This document shows, piece after piece, positions 22,301 through 37,300 of a stretch of 64,000 nucleotides of DNA (positions within the stretch are counted from its first letter, which is position 1; each line of letters opens with the position of its first letter). The notes under the pieces were generated by a model that saw only the letters and a list, made by a program, of their open reading frames with translations, ran no database searches and had not been told where the DNA came from. The position numbers were made by a program, and so were the translations under genes. Origin of the DNA: Catajapyx aquilonaris (lineage: Eukaryota); assembly GCA_000934665.2 (NCBI GenBank), contig KZ538308.1:1-64000 (forward strand). The letters run 5' to 3'.

Positions 22301-25300
22301 TCCCAGAACATTTCATTCCCGTCAGCACGTCTACGAAGTGGAAGGAGTCTTAACAACATAGTGAAGTTTACAGCAACTATGGAATTATACGCGTGCATAT
22401 TAAATATCAACCTATATTATAATGCAATGTTTAATACGGCCTGACTAATAATTGTATCTGGTTTGCATAAAATTTTCCTCGCGTTTTAAACACATGGCCG
22501 TTCATTAAAATAAAGCCAATGATACCAGGTCATATGGCTAACCGTGAAACTGATACACTCGACGAAATTGTTTATGTTTACCTTCAGTCTGGAAGATGGC
22601 TCACGCGTGTCCCAATTTTCGCGCCAGTTCGCGCTGTACTGCCCTCATCCACTGAATAAATCACGAGCGTCAAGCCAGAGTGTGTACAGTGTGTTACGTG
22701 TTTCCGTTACTTATTCACAGCTTCGATTAAATCAGCCTATCAATGCGCCCATTATATATAGGGACGGCCCAGCTCGGCGGGTCGAAATTCATTCACTGAC
22801 TGGTTTCTGAAGTGTCCCATACGTCACCAATCTGCCACGACTACAAAAAAATAACTCCAGTAAATTATTTCCCTGAACTATTATAACACCCTGTGTGTTC
22901 TGTACACATGTCGTCCTTGTTAGTATTTACTTGGCTAACCTCGGTTGGCACCGCTTTTATCATCGTGGAAGATCTGCAGGCCTGACTTGAATCGATGCCC
23001 AACGAGAATCTAAGGCTTCTAAGCTGTCACTGCTTCCAAATCAGCTTATGGTCTCCGCACACAACAACTTCCAAAGGTAACGAAGCAATTCCTCGAATTT
23101 CCTAAGCCTATTTGTAATCCACCACATTTTGGGTCGTATTACAGCCGAAGCCCCACAAAAAATCAGCGAAGGGAAGTTGGCGAAGCATGTAAGGATGGGA
23201 GAGCTCAGCAAAAATATTCAGAGTGATTTTTTTTTGGTTCACCTTGTTGGTCAGATGGAAGCCCGCTGCTCCCGGAAGATGGGCGTAGAACAGCTCTCTC
23301 TCGGTCAGCGCCCCATCTAAAGGGGTCTCAACTTCTTGGATACTCTGTGGACAATACACAAGAAAGGAACATCATCTCTCAGAAGTTACTGGCTCAGGAG
23401 TTGGAAAATTTCACACACAGTTTCACCCAATTTATGGGTTGAAACCAAATTCAATGCTAAGCCAATGTTATTAAAGTTGTAATCATTGGATTCAGCAGGA
23501 GTACGAATGGACTGTCATCCTTTTACAAGGTAGGATTAAGAAGGCTTATTTTATTACATGATTTTTATTAACCTTATCGCAAAGATGTTATGGCATATCT
23601 GTATTTTCTAACATGGATCAAGAGGTCAAAGTAATTTTTTCCTTCCCTATATTACATTCACTGTTCGTGCCCATTCCAGGCGATTTGCAGGCCCAGATAA
23701 TAAACACAATTATGCAAGGTGGTGCACTGCCCTAGTCTACGGTCCAACTACGAAAGGAGGTGGAAAGTCGTGTGGAGTGTATTCCATTTATCAGTCTAAC
23801 GAGAAGCAACAATCATAGAAAGTCAATGTAACCCTGAGTGTAGCTTCGACAGTCTCCTTTTTCTTTAAACTGGTTGACGGGGTGCACAATACACAACTAC
23901 TCCCCCATCCCCCCTTTGTAACTGTACACTTCGGCAATACACCACACTGCAATATAGTCAAATGTATACATGACGCATGAACAAATTTGCAACAGGTTTG
24001 TTTCAATTTCAGCATAAATGAACCTCTGACCAACTGCATTTCGCTCTTGGCATGATAATAATCATAATCACGAAACGGCTGAATAATAGCTTAATTGTCG
24101 ACAACTGGCTCTTCAACTTGATACCCCAATCACACCTCCACCGAGCCAAACGGTAGGCTCCCCAAATTTTTTTCCCAACCAGTCCAAATTACACGAGTCC
24201 ACTCAAACGGCCGTAAACATAGGCGGTGAACCATTTAACAGGCGCTAAAAAAGCGGTCCCCATCCCCGACAAAAGAGCGTGCGAAAGTGCAGGTAAATTC
24301 CATCGCACTCTCATTATTACATCTCTGGGGGCGACGTGAAAGAGTTATTCAAGTATTTTTCGCTTCTGCTATATACATATCCATGTGTGAGTGTGTGCGT
24401 GTTGGTCGAATTAGAGGATAGTGAGATGACGTCAGGGAAGCGGTTTGGCCACTGACTCCTTTGCCCTGCTCATCAAGGCCTTGCCGATAAAACTAGACAC
24501 AAAAACTACTTTATCGCATCTTCCCAATGCAATGGGGAGAACATCTCGGCCAGCACAAATAGTGCGACCTTATCCGTTGTCCCTATAGGTTCATATTCGA
24601 TCTATATATTCATGTGTGTTTGTCCTACTTCCCTTATACCCATTGCATTCGAATCGAACGAGTTGAAATAATCGGCGGCCGATAAGTTTTGACATGTAAT
24701 AAAAGCAAAGGTGTAACTCACCTGTAACCTCTGCTGGATCTGCTTTTCGTGATGTTCGTCGATCTGCTGCCTTTGCGCCTGGTACCTCTCCAGCAGGATC
24801 CTCTGCTCCAACTGCTGCTGTTGCTTCAACTGAAAGGCCCAATACTATCTTATAGGTTATATCAGCTCCATTATAGGTTTTGGCACCGGCCAAAAAATAA
24901 TATAAACCCAAGGCAAGTGCAAAAATTGAAACTGATTTAAAAGTTGTTCTCACCTGTCTAATTTGTTGCTGGAATGCCTGTTCATGAAACATGGGGTCAA
25001 AGTGCAGACTGTTGGTCAGGTTGTTGAGGTCAGTTCGTCGTGAGATCACTGGGCTGCTCAGTGGCGACGTGCCCGTCAAATCTGCAAAAATTGTTAAGTT
25101 GTCTGCTATCAGAAATGTTGGCTTCTGCAATCCGCGTGATTACCCCACAGTTGTTACATAAACTGTCAACACCCGTTGGGAATATGTAAACATCAATAAT
25201 GCTGTGCATAAACATTGCATTTCTCAGATGGCAGGAGACTTCAGAATAACACTACACTGTCCAAGTGTTTCCTTTGCACTATCTCTTGCGGTTTCTACTT

Positions 25301-28300
25301 CTGAGTAATGACGCCATGCTGTACTACGACAATGTGTTCCACAGAGTTTGTTTATGTCGACCCCGTGAGTACAGGGTGATACACTAACCTTCACATGAAT
25401 CTTTACCCTTGAGCCTGGACGGAATGCACTACACCCATAGGATGCAAGCTGAAATCCTATTTATAGCCCACGGTTATCATGTTTATGGAGGCAGATTTCG
25501 CCGCGTGAAGTTATCCAATGCGAGCACATCAACAGGGAGTGGCAACAGCGCTCCGTGTCCTTCAGTGTATTCTCCGAATCAGTGCGCAATCTTACTGTTA
25601 ATATATCCAGCTTTACGACCAGATAATATTGTACCAGTCGATGTATTTTTAATACCCAAGATTACAATCCTGTTCACGTCACTTTAACAAGGAAAGAAAA
25701 CAGACATGACTATGATCGCAATCGTAAGCATCAGGTGTCATAATCCTTTCTCCCGTGACGCCAAAGCCTCTTCCAACCAATTAGCAAAAATCTTGCAAAA
25801 AAAAAAAAATTGCATGCGAGATCGCTGCACCCAGCAGCAGAAGTGGTCTGGCAGGTACCGGTACCTACGTCAAATAATTTGTGTCCGAAGATACGGAGAG
25901 GAGAATAACGGTGTGCACAGAGTGGGAGATCCGGTAAGGAGTGGCTGAAGCTGGATGGCCACTATGTTTATGACCATGCTGATTTAAGTGGAGGCGCTCC
26001 GAAGAGCGTGCGTGAGTGTGTGTGTATAAACACCGAATTCCTTCAAAACGGGTTTTCTTAATTGCCGGGAGGAAAGGGACCAGCAAGAGCAGGGTGGGAG
26101 CAACCGCTTTCAGGTGGACGATGACCTCGCTCAAGGGTTGATTGAAATCTATCTGTACCGGCCACGAGTTCTTTAAAAAAAGGCATTTTTTGATATCAAG
26201 TGCACGGGATTTACATTATGACCTGATATTTTTAGAAGGATGTGCTCATATGTGGGGCAACGTCTGTCACAAGCAGATTTGTTTTCGTTATGTTTTGTAT
26301 AAGGATTTGAGGGGAATTTGACGCAAATGGTTTCGCTGGAACGTGCAGATTGTCACTTCCTGTGTGCGTACGCTCGCCTCAATTGTGCAAATATCGTACT
26401 TATCAGGACCCTACCCAGGAGCATTCGCGCTGTGCTGTAAACCCCGACCTAATTACACTATATGTTGACAAATGTCGCCCCTACTCCATAAATTATTTAC
26501 AACATTGCCATACTGCCATAATGAAATGCAAATGTGCGGGTATATTCCATTAATTTATTTCTAATAATGTCTTACTCGACCACACACATGAAAGCATGGC
26601 TGGATGTGCAAAAGTGCACGAGAGCCAAGTGTGCAAAAAGTACTTGAACTCTGGATTTACGTACTAGCTGCAAAAGTGGAGCAAAACTCGCCTTTTTTAG
26701 CTAAGTGGCTATAAGAAGAGTTGATCTCCATAGTCTGGAAGGATCCCAAGTTTTCTGAAAAGATACAAAGAGACGACGCATTAGGCCTTTGCCAACAGAT
26801 TAATGCGATAATTAAAGACAGCTTCAGACTGACACTAATGTTCTACTATAGTACTGCACAATGCGTGAAGTATTGCTTAAAATATCTTACAACAAGTGCT
26901 AATCCTTCCATATCATATTGACTCCTGATTGCAACATCACCAATCTGTACTTTCATCCGATACTGCCCTTCTTATCTACGGCAGATATCGAAAAGTTCAC
27001 ACCATGCGACACCCCCCCCCCTCCCAGCAACGTGTCAATAATTTATTTCGTCTTATCCCAGCATCAAAAAAATATACAGGCAGACGACAGGCTCAACTAA
27101 CAAACTATGCACAAAATGTCACCAGAAAAGTAAACAGATATCGTCGCATACATCACGTCGCCAGCCCGATTTTGCCCCACATCAGCCAATCCGAATCCCC
27201 GCACAAATTTAGCACATCCCCATTAACTAAAAACGCCCTTCTTCGCGTATATTTATAGAATATCCGCATTAATTAGGACTAGGAGCACCATCCTGCCTAT
27301 CACACGCGCACAGACCACATATTTAACGCACACGCAGTCCTCTGGCGCCGAGACCCCGGGCCAAGAAAAAGAATTAAGAAAGCGCCTAACAACAACAACA
27401 AAAAACGGTAAAGTGTGGAGGGTGATGATGATGACGTATATGCGCTGCCATAAGTGTGTGGACGCAACATGGGCCGAGACATAACACGCGGGCATTTATG
27501 TCGGGCGGCGTGGAATCCTTGGGCGGGATTCGTGCCAAGAATAGATCACGGGATCAGAGAGAGAGAGAAAAAAAAGAAGAGGCCTACACTTGCGGTACAC
27601 ACCTCTTCAGTATATCCGACACATCCTATATGATACCACTTGTCCAACGTCCGGTGGCCATCTTATATCCGCAGCGAGACAGTGACGAATTTCGCACGGG
27701 GGAAAAAAATGGTGGAGATAATGTCACTTGAGAGTACATGCAATGTCAAGACTCTTCCTTTTTGGGTGGTGCAAGAACCTTAAGTTGGGAGAATGACCCG
27801 AAAGTCGATGTACCATCAATATTCAAGGGTGCAAATATTCGCCGATTTGCGAAAGCGAAACGAGGTATCCATATTTCATTCCTGAAAATGCCTGGGCAAA
27901 CTTGACTTGTGTGGAGACAGCGTTGGATAAAATTTGATATTTTTCTCCAATATTGACAGCGTGACTCAAAGGGGACGCGGTTTTTGTGAGGCCAACTTCT
28001 GCCCAAAAGCACTGCGACGTTCGACGATGCATAAAGTACGAAGCTACAACCCGCGCTGAAAACACAGCAATATCGCTGTCAATCCAATAACCCTCCCTTG
28101 ACGTTTGCTAGTTGAAATCGACTGTCATGCCAATCAGAAAAAATGACGCCTATTATTACACTGCATAAATGTAAACATTTATATGTTTCACAAAGAACTC
28201 AACATGCAACGATTCCGACATAGTTATGACAGCCTTCTGCTAAACAAGGTCCACAAACGGTATCATTCGGGGCGTAAAGGAATATGTCGCTGTCAATTTC

Positions 28301-31300
28301 GGAATAAATTGAAACAGCGTATATGCAACAAGTCCGGTGACACATAACTCTCTCGAGACCCTTCAAGTCATGCTATATACTGTATCGTACATGCTCTTCG
28401 GCCTTTCAAGAACGAATGAGCCAAAGTGACCGTCCTTCAGATATCGACTGGCTCAGTTCCGTGAAGTCAAAAATCTTGGTGACTCATTCGACCACGTGCA
28501 TTCCCAACACATTACTAATTTTTAATAAAGCGTCTCCAGCAGCTCTTCAATTGCGCAATTGGTCCGCATGTGTCCACCACAATTTAACGACAATTATGAT
28601 CCATAAAAATCTCGCAAGATCCTGACTCCTCCGGTATCCCAGCCATCCGAGGTGTTGCATCGGTATAACAATTGACCCCTCAGTGTTATGTGGATGCCTC
28701 CTAATCGAAATCGGGCTTTGAAATCCCTGCCAGCACATGATACGCACACAGCACGTGACATGTGTGGCACATGCCAATTCCGGCGGCAGCAGCCAGAGAA
28801 CGGGCAACAATGGGTCAATAATGTTTGTGGATGGGCGTGGCTGTCCTTGTGGCTGTTCGCCATGGCCCGGCGCCGGCTAAATTTGGCGGGGGAAGAGTCC
28901 AGCCTCCCCCAAATTTCCAGGGGGGAAAGGTGTGTAAAGTGGCTGGAGCACCACAATGATGGGGGGGCGACGTCGCTCCGGACGGGGTGGAAGCGACAAC
29001 CGGTTGCCTCCTCCGAAAAAGGCGACAAATTGGCCGTGGCCTAACCTAGGCCTAAAATCCCGATGTGGCCGCTCCGGCGAAGGTCATTGATCCGGTGTGA
29101 AACAGGCCGTTTTTTGGCAACTTTTTCTCCTAGTTGCCAACTGGCGACGAGCCAATCTAGACACCCCATCCCCCTCCCCTACCAGAGACCCCCTCCGACA
29201 ACCCCTCCCCAAATCAATGTTGCCAAGGCCTCCGAAGAGAGATCGCTTCCGTAAGGTTATAAGCTCAGCACGCAATTCTCAAATCCTGCACGCTTGCACC
29301 GCAGCTACTTTCTACCCATTTCTAGGGGGCGATTTTTCCTACTCAACCCTTAAAGCCAGTCGCGTCCCAATGGAGGATCAAGCACCATCACCTAAGTGTG
29401 GACCTTTAAAAAAAAAAGGGTCAACCATACCGTGACCTGACCAAGACCAGGCTCCCCCGCCTTTGATTCATTCCGGCCGCATAAACACGGAAAGCTTCAT
29501 CATCAAAAAATTGGCGGCACGAAGCAACTAGGACAAAGTTCCCCCACCTGCGTTTTGGTGTGCATGTGTGTTTCCAGCAGAAACCTTGACCTTTAGTGGG
29601 GGCGGATTGATGGTGGGAAAAAATGCAGAGGTGGGGGAGTGACGATAAAAAAAAAAAATTGAACCTGGCTGCATGCAAAGGTCCGTGTTATTCAACACCC
29701 CTGGAAGGCCCATCTTAGAGTGTCAAAATGTCGCCAAATGCACTTTCTCCACTTGAAATTACGCCCAATTGAGTCCATAAATATTGTCGACTGTACTAAC
29801 AATTCAAACAAATTTTCGGTCATATTTTCATTTAAAAAATTATTAACACTTTTACACATTTTTTCCGGTAGAAACTTGGGACAAAATACTCACTTTCAGA
29901 AAGGGTGTGTTATCCCAATATTTCAAACTTATTTATTGGGCCTGCTGTACAGTGATAGTGCCTACAGGTATTCACAATATAATCCATCAAGAAAATGTTT
30001 TAAAATTCTGACAGCCGCTTCTTGGTGGTTGGTCAGGTGTTTCTAGCTACATGGCGGTCATATTTCCCCAGCAATAACCTGGGGTGGAGACACTGAGGGG
30101 TGCGGCGACAAGATTCGGGTATGCATGTATGTCTGGGCGGGTGATGCACGTGCAGGAATTATGAGACGACACGTCAGGAGGCAATAAACAAGTCGGCCTG
30201 TTCCCATGGCGCCAGCCTAGATTCTCTCGTCGTCGTCGTCGTCGTCTCTCTCTCCCGATTCTCTTCCTCAGCATCTCTTTGGCCCCATGCCCGGCCAAAG
30301 CTACACCCCGAGAAGGTCACTCACTACCGCAAAAACCGCGGGCACTTCCTACATATCATTTATCACCCTCCTGCAATGTGTATCGTCGCCCAACAGGTTT
30401 GTCCCACCAGAAACCAGAAACCGACCCGAAGCACATGGGAAGAGAGTGTATTAGTAGGGACGTCTATTTGTGGAAGTGCCAGAGGCTCGTTCGGCTGTTT
30501 CCAGACAAGCTTCTGGCTCTAAATCCATCCATCTATCCATCTCTCGAGGAAGAAGAGGTCTCGTCTGCTGCGGACCCGCCGCGGCGATGCCCCCTTGTTT
30601 TCGCGCCCCATTTGACCGACGCCATACCCTTCCGAACCACCTGCTTCCCACTGGTATGCTGCATGGGCCCAACTAAAGTGGAGCACACCTAATGTGCCCC
30701 AGGATTTAGGCCCTGACCAACCCTCAGCATTAATAGTTGAGCCTCTCAAGCTTGCCGAACCTATATATATATGAAAGGGGTTAGGATGTTACATTATAAT
30801 GCAACATAGGCCATCACCAACCCTTTTTAAAAAACATCATGACTTCCCAGCAATATAGGCCAGCCACAATCAGTGCTTCTTCGCATTTTGTAGACGCTAT
30901 AAATATTGCACGAACGTGGAAATGACACTTGATCTGACACGTTTATCGGCAGAGACGGAAATATACATGCTATTGGCCGGGGTCAATGAAACGAATATCC
31001 ATGCTTGTTTTTATTATTCTTTTACGGTCGGTACAAGATTGATTGCTTTTTCTGCACCGGCACCAATGATCCGTAGCTCTGATCTCACTTTCGCTTTAAC
31101 GCCCTTTAAGGCGCCTCGTGGCTCATGTAACCCCTAGGGGTTATCCTTTAAGCGGCGATTCTTCCGTAAACTAGGCCTAAATATGAATCGACCAATAAAG
31201 AGCGATAGCGTCCATCACGCCTCTCCAGCGTGACTTGTATCTATTAGCTCAAATAATTCCTCCCAATTATCTCCTTCACAAATTTCGAATGCTATGCTAA

Positions 31301-34300
31301 CGAATCCTCCATTTGTAAATATTTCACGCGCCCAAACGGGAAATATTTCCCCTCTTCCTGACTTTGGTGTACACAAAGGGATCCCAAAATAGACCCAGTT
31401 TCGCCCACACGTTGACTTTTTAGCCCGACCTATCAGCACGGCCAGAACCAGAAAAAAAGAACGTGACCTTTTAATTCATGTTAGGTGTGTGTGTGTGTGT
31501 GTTATCCGCACGTACAATCGCAGACACGTATCTCACTACTCTTTTTTATACCTTCGCCCCTGCAATAGCAATTTGGGGAAGGTTGAAGGTTGACCGGCGG
31601 AGCTTTGGAAGGTTGATTTGGGTAATCGGAAAGATGCGGCCCGCACTTTATCGCAGACTTTTGATTGGGCTTCTCTCACCCCCCCGTTTTCCAATTGGCC
31701 AAATTCCTCTTCCATGTAGATATATATATTTTTCGCCTTGGCAACCTCCAGCCGGGCGCGGCCTTTGACCTTCCAACTCCCCCCCGACAGACAGAGATAG
31801 ATCCTCAAAGTCTCGATCGTTCCCTGATACCAACCGCTCACTGCATTTATTTCTCTGGCCGCCTCTTACCCCCCCCCTGTCAACTAACACCTTCCTTCAC
31901 GCAAGGTCGACCCATCTTCATGACCTAACACTTAGCGTTTTCTTAATTATGCGAACTGGGCACGCCAACGCTCACCGTGCGGCTCAGCCACAATTTGTAA
32001 CAATCTAGTGTATAAATCTTGAGAGGTAAACTAGGAAAACATTGGGTGAGAGCAAGATTTTGCATAAGAAATAGGGAGTGAATCAAATTTTATGCACAGG
32101 TAATTTGATCTTGATTTACAATTAGCTGCATTTATAGGAGCATGCAACTGCAACTGTTACTGTAATTGATTGCGTCAATTCAGCAGACATTTCGATCACG
32201 AGTAGGTCATAAAGAGAGAGAAAAAAAACCTCAGATTGAACAAAATGTCATTCGATGTAATTTACAAATATCAGTCAGCATGACATTCAAAAATGTGCAC
32301 AGTGTGTCAGTTATTTTCCCATACATTTAAACATAGCTCGGCATCCACGTGACCTACCACACACAACCTATTTATTAGCATTGCCTTGTAATTTTCGCGG
32401 CTCACATTACAAGCCAGAAATCCTTTCACTGCAGGCGCCTTCAACAATGCGGCTGTGACAAAGACATCTTCCTCTAATTTTTAAAAAGAAAAAAAAAACT
32501 CGGCATAAGTGGGTTCCAAACGGTTGCGAATTCGGCCACAAACAAGCCGCACTCATTACTCCAAGATAAAAGAGATGGGTTGTGACCAAGCCCTTTTTGG
32601 AGGGATGCCAGTGACGTCACCAACGTGGGTCGTTGGTCCCATTAATGGGCGTCAGTTTCTCCTCGCAAGCTGCAACAATTGGATAACGCCGCCGCATCTT
32701 TTGTGCCAATTCCAACTTCATTCATGTCGAGTAGTAGTAGCTCCCGTCCTGACAATACTCTCCCCATCATGTCCCATCCTCGCATTGTTGCACACATGAT
32801 ATTCCCTAATGAACATATATGACATCAGGAAAGCAGACCGCTCTTTACCTTTTTATTTATTTTTCGTGATGATGTCGCGTATGTTCCCAGATAAAAACGA
32901 GGCCGTTACGCAAGTGTTTGCGATGTGCACAACCATAGTACCACACATCTATTTCTGTCAACCCGATGTGGCAATCTGAGTCGTAGTCAACTTGATTAAT
33001 GCACCCTCACAATATTATCCGACCAAACCACCTCCTTAAACTTCCTTCCTCGGCCATTTGTGAGCTGGAGAGGTAAAAATGTGAGTCCCACGATAAGGGG
33101 AGGCCAAAACTTCTAATCTGGGGGCTGCCGGAATACTGGTCGTAAGAATGGTCCGGAAACCCACCGGAGGCAAAATGGGGCCGAAAGTGACCCAACCCTC
33201 CTGGGTCTTATCACCAGCCAAATGACCTGTGCGCCACATGCATGATTGAAGACCACCTTCCCGTGCAATTAGAAATGAGCATACGCGTAATGAGGAAAAC
33301 TATAGTCCAGCACCCCTCTGCTTTGCTCTTATCGGTCAAATGGGCCTAACCCTACATACCCCCGGCATGCAACACCGATAACACACAGCAGCCTTGGGTG
33401 GACACAAGTGTGTGTATGTGCGGTTGTTATGACACTATCAATCGTCCGCACACAGTATGTGGGCCGAGTTCGACCGACACTGTCCACTCGGCTGGAAGGT
33501 TTCAAAAACCAGAAATGTCACCATGCAGCTGACATGTTTACACATAAACATGTTGACAACTAACCGGATTTGTGCACTGCCTATTTACCCCCCACAAAAA
33601 GTGTCGCATCGCTATATTTCCATAAAAGCGTGCAGACATTTGACATTACTGTCGCGATTGTTGCTTCTTTGGGTTCCTGGACGTTCATCAGCAAAGCTCA
33701 CGTGCCTAAATAATTTACCCTCTGGTTTCCCACCAGGGGCTCTGTTGGCCCGCCCACACGTCTCAGTGGGCCAGAAAATCAAGGCTGCCAAAAGGCGCCA
33801 ATTATTGGGCGGATTTCCCCGGTGACTCAGTATCCCCCTCTGACATTTTCTGCGACAGGTGGAAATTATACCGGCTGGGGTTGACATCAGCATCAATCTC
33901 TTTGGGTTTTTGCTCCTTTCGCTGGTGTGGGCACCCGGGCTTATCATAACTGAGCCCCCGCTTTTTAGGGAAATGTGACGAGAGGCCTGTCATATTCAGC
34001 GATGATGTCCAACTTCGGAGAAAGCCACGTCAGAATGAATCTATTACAGTGCCTAGCTCTACATTGTCATTAGCATGCGTGATATGACCATCAGCGATCT
34101 GTTGCTCAACGGGCCATAAAATGTCAAGTATTTTAATCAAGTAGAATCGAACAGGCTCGCATAGTAACATATCGCAAATAGCACCGGGAAATGAGTGCAC
34201 ACTACTAATAATATGCAGTCGCACAGGTTTTTGCACGAGCACGGCCATGACCTGTGTTGATCCATACGCATCAAACGAAAAAGATTATCAGTACGTATGC

Positions 34301-37300
34301 AACTGCGACGAAAAATGTTCTCTACAGAAGACTCACCCAAATGCTGCGGCATGTGGTAGTTGTGTAGGTATGGATTGGTGTAATCTAGCGCCATGCCTTC
34401 ATAGTGCACCAGCCACTCAAACTATCCTTCCTACACAGCCGGGAATGGCCGAGTGGCTTCTGTCCCAAGGCAGCACACACATACACACACACTCAATAGG
34501 GTGGGTTTAAGCCGGAAAAAAAAAATCCCAAGTATTCTTAGCTCCAACACGAGTATTTCCGAGCCGGGCTAATTCCAGACAAGAACGCTACGATTCTTCA
34601 CTAAAACAAACACCCCCAAATTCCTCTCTGTCCTTAAATTTTTTTTTGGGAGGAAACCAATGGTCAGCCCAAAAATAAACACGTATCGCCTGTTCACACG
34701 CTGGTTGTTGGTGGAGCGTGAGAAAAATAAAATGTCAACGTGCTCGTGTATACACGACCTAAAAACGCGGACGGACAGACGTGTACGGTGTGGTGTGAGC
34801 AACTGAGCCGAAATGCGTCTCCTGCTCCTCACCCCCGCCGCTTCTTTGCTCGAGAAGCCTCATTAACCAATCCGGGAGCAAATTAGTCTGGGGCCAATGG
34901 CGGGGCCGCGCTCGGCACGGGGCCGCCCCAAGGTTATCTTTTTCGCGACGGACGGACAGGGTTGCCAAATTTTGTTAGGGGCGAATCCGGCTTGTTCGCG
35001 GATTCTCGTGGGACGAGTCGATTGTCCCGCGCGCGGTTTTTGTTGCTACCTATCCACAGGTTTGGGTCGAGTCCTAATCCGCAACCTCGTCACCGATGCA
35101 GATTAGCTGCTTCAATTAAGTGCGCTTAATTCGAGCAAATTGAAATGAAAAACCACTTACACAATACACATCAGTACAAGGTAGTTGACCGAACCCACGT
35201 GCAATATGCAGTACGCACTGAGTATGAAAGAAAGTGCGTGACATATAAATCTCAGGCTGTGATTTGCTCGCCCCCGCACTTTGCCGTGTTCGGTTTTGGA
35301 CTGGCGAGCGATTCCATTCAGAAATGCCGTGCGGGGGCGGGTGGGTGGGTGCCTCTAGCATTGAGGCGGTATTGGAATGGGGGTGGGATATTGGTCTGAT
35401 CCAAAGTTTGGGGCCCCGCAACCCCCTTAATGCAATACAAAAAGGGCTTGAATGTGGAACTTCCTGCGGTTTAAAACAGCATCACTGTAAAGAGGCTGCG
35501 GGTAATCAGATATTCTATGCATTCAACATCAAAGTTCACATTGAAACACTTTGCAAGGAATCGATGCATAACGAAAGCTTTCGGAGAACATATGCCATGT
35601 AGGGTGTACAGTTCCCTATACCTAGCCCTGACCTGAAGCTCTTTCAGGGTAGAAATGAGCACCTGTAAGCCGACTGTAACAGTACACCCCTATTCATTAC
35701 ACGTGGATGAACTTAAAACCGCGGTTCTTTATAAAATAATGAGGCAATGTACGTAGTGCGCATCAGTTTTTGACAAATCGTGCAGCTTTGAGACGAGTGA
35801 ATAAAGAACCTGTCAATTTCTGTCTTGCGCTTCAGAAATGCACAAAGAAAATCCTCGACTAAAAAGTGAAATCAGATGAGTGTCGATACTTGCGCTTTCA
35901 CTATCGTATCAACTATGCTGCCTTATTCTGTGGTATGTGACATTATTCGGCTCAATTTTCAGGGAGAGATTTAAAGAACTCCCCGATGATTGTCATGCTA
36001 ATTATTCCATGGCATTCAAAAGATAATGACAATTCCATGTCAAAGAAAAGAAAGGGTGCAGAATCCCTTCAACTTTCGTTGAACTAAACATTCATGCCAC
36101 GATGCAGATGTCATGGGATCATTTTGAAAACTCCTCAAAAATGTCGTTGCCGCTGATGTTGTACAAAACTTTGCTATACGTTTAAATGATTTTTAAATGC
36201 CTTATTTATTCCGCCTTCTTTTGTGGAATTTAATATACTGTATTAGACCTACACATACTTCAGTACATTAATGCTTGTTTGTATTTATTCCCCTATCAGG
36301 TCCACCAGTTGATATTTTCTTCAATCTATAATAACACACTGGAATTGTACATCAACACGAAAGCCATTATAAATTGCTTCGCCTCTAGCCAACATTGTAT
36401 TACGTACTATGATGATCATAACATTGTACGCGTATGAGCTGATACCTTTCTCCTGTTGCTCAACGCCATGGCGCGCCAGTGAGACCATTTTTTGCGTTCT
36501 ATATAGCTGAAATTCGCCACTGGTATGCTGCTATTCCTATTATCCTTACCAAAGGAAAGGTCAGCAATAAAAATTAATGCGCCTACCGTATTTTTACTAA
36601 TGCGCCCCCTTAAATGACCCACAGGAGAATATATTGTTCCAAACATGTGTGATCATTTAAATATGCACTACAACATTAAAAACAAAAGGGAGCAGTAAAA
36701 AAATTGAATCCATTCCATTTAAAATAAATTATGGCTGTTGCATGTGGTCCTACAGCAGGCGGCAAAATTGAATACACTGTCATGCTCTATTGACTACAGC
36801 AGGCTCATGCAGTGCGCTCGTTAGCCTTATAGGTTTGTAAATAGAGCCGACATCCCCTAAATCTCCAAGAGTATAGAAAATAAAATAATTTGCGTTATTG
36901 TGAGCTAAAAAGTCGCTTCACTGCAATTTACACCACTTCTCTCCTTTCAGGTTATTTTACACAGCAGCACAGCAGCAAATCTGAGCCTATATATTCGTCC
37001 TCTCCCTATATATTCTATACTCAGGACGGACATAACAGATTTTTTCAATAGGAGCCAAATTGCAAGCAGCACGTCGGACTCTAAAATACGTTTTCCCTCG
37101 TCCAGCAACTTACTTTTAATCCGACCAAAATTCACACCGAAATTTCTCCTAATTGCGGACAATTCACGGGCTAGAATAACAAGCCTTATAGCGAGGTCGA
37201 CTCGACATCATGGCGGATTACATAATGCGATGAATCAAGTATACCTGGTGCATTTATATCCTACGTGTAATGTAATTAGCTTTTTCATATCATACTAAAC

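Noticed and set aside
35600..35692. Mini element with GGGTGTAC/GTACACCC ends
   Set aside because: An 8-bp inverted repeat is too short to separate from chance without copy-number data.
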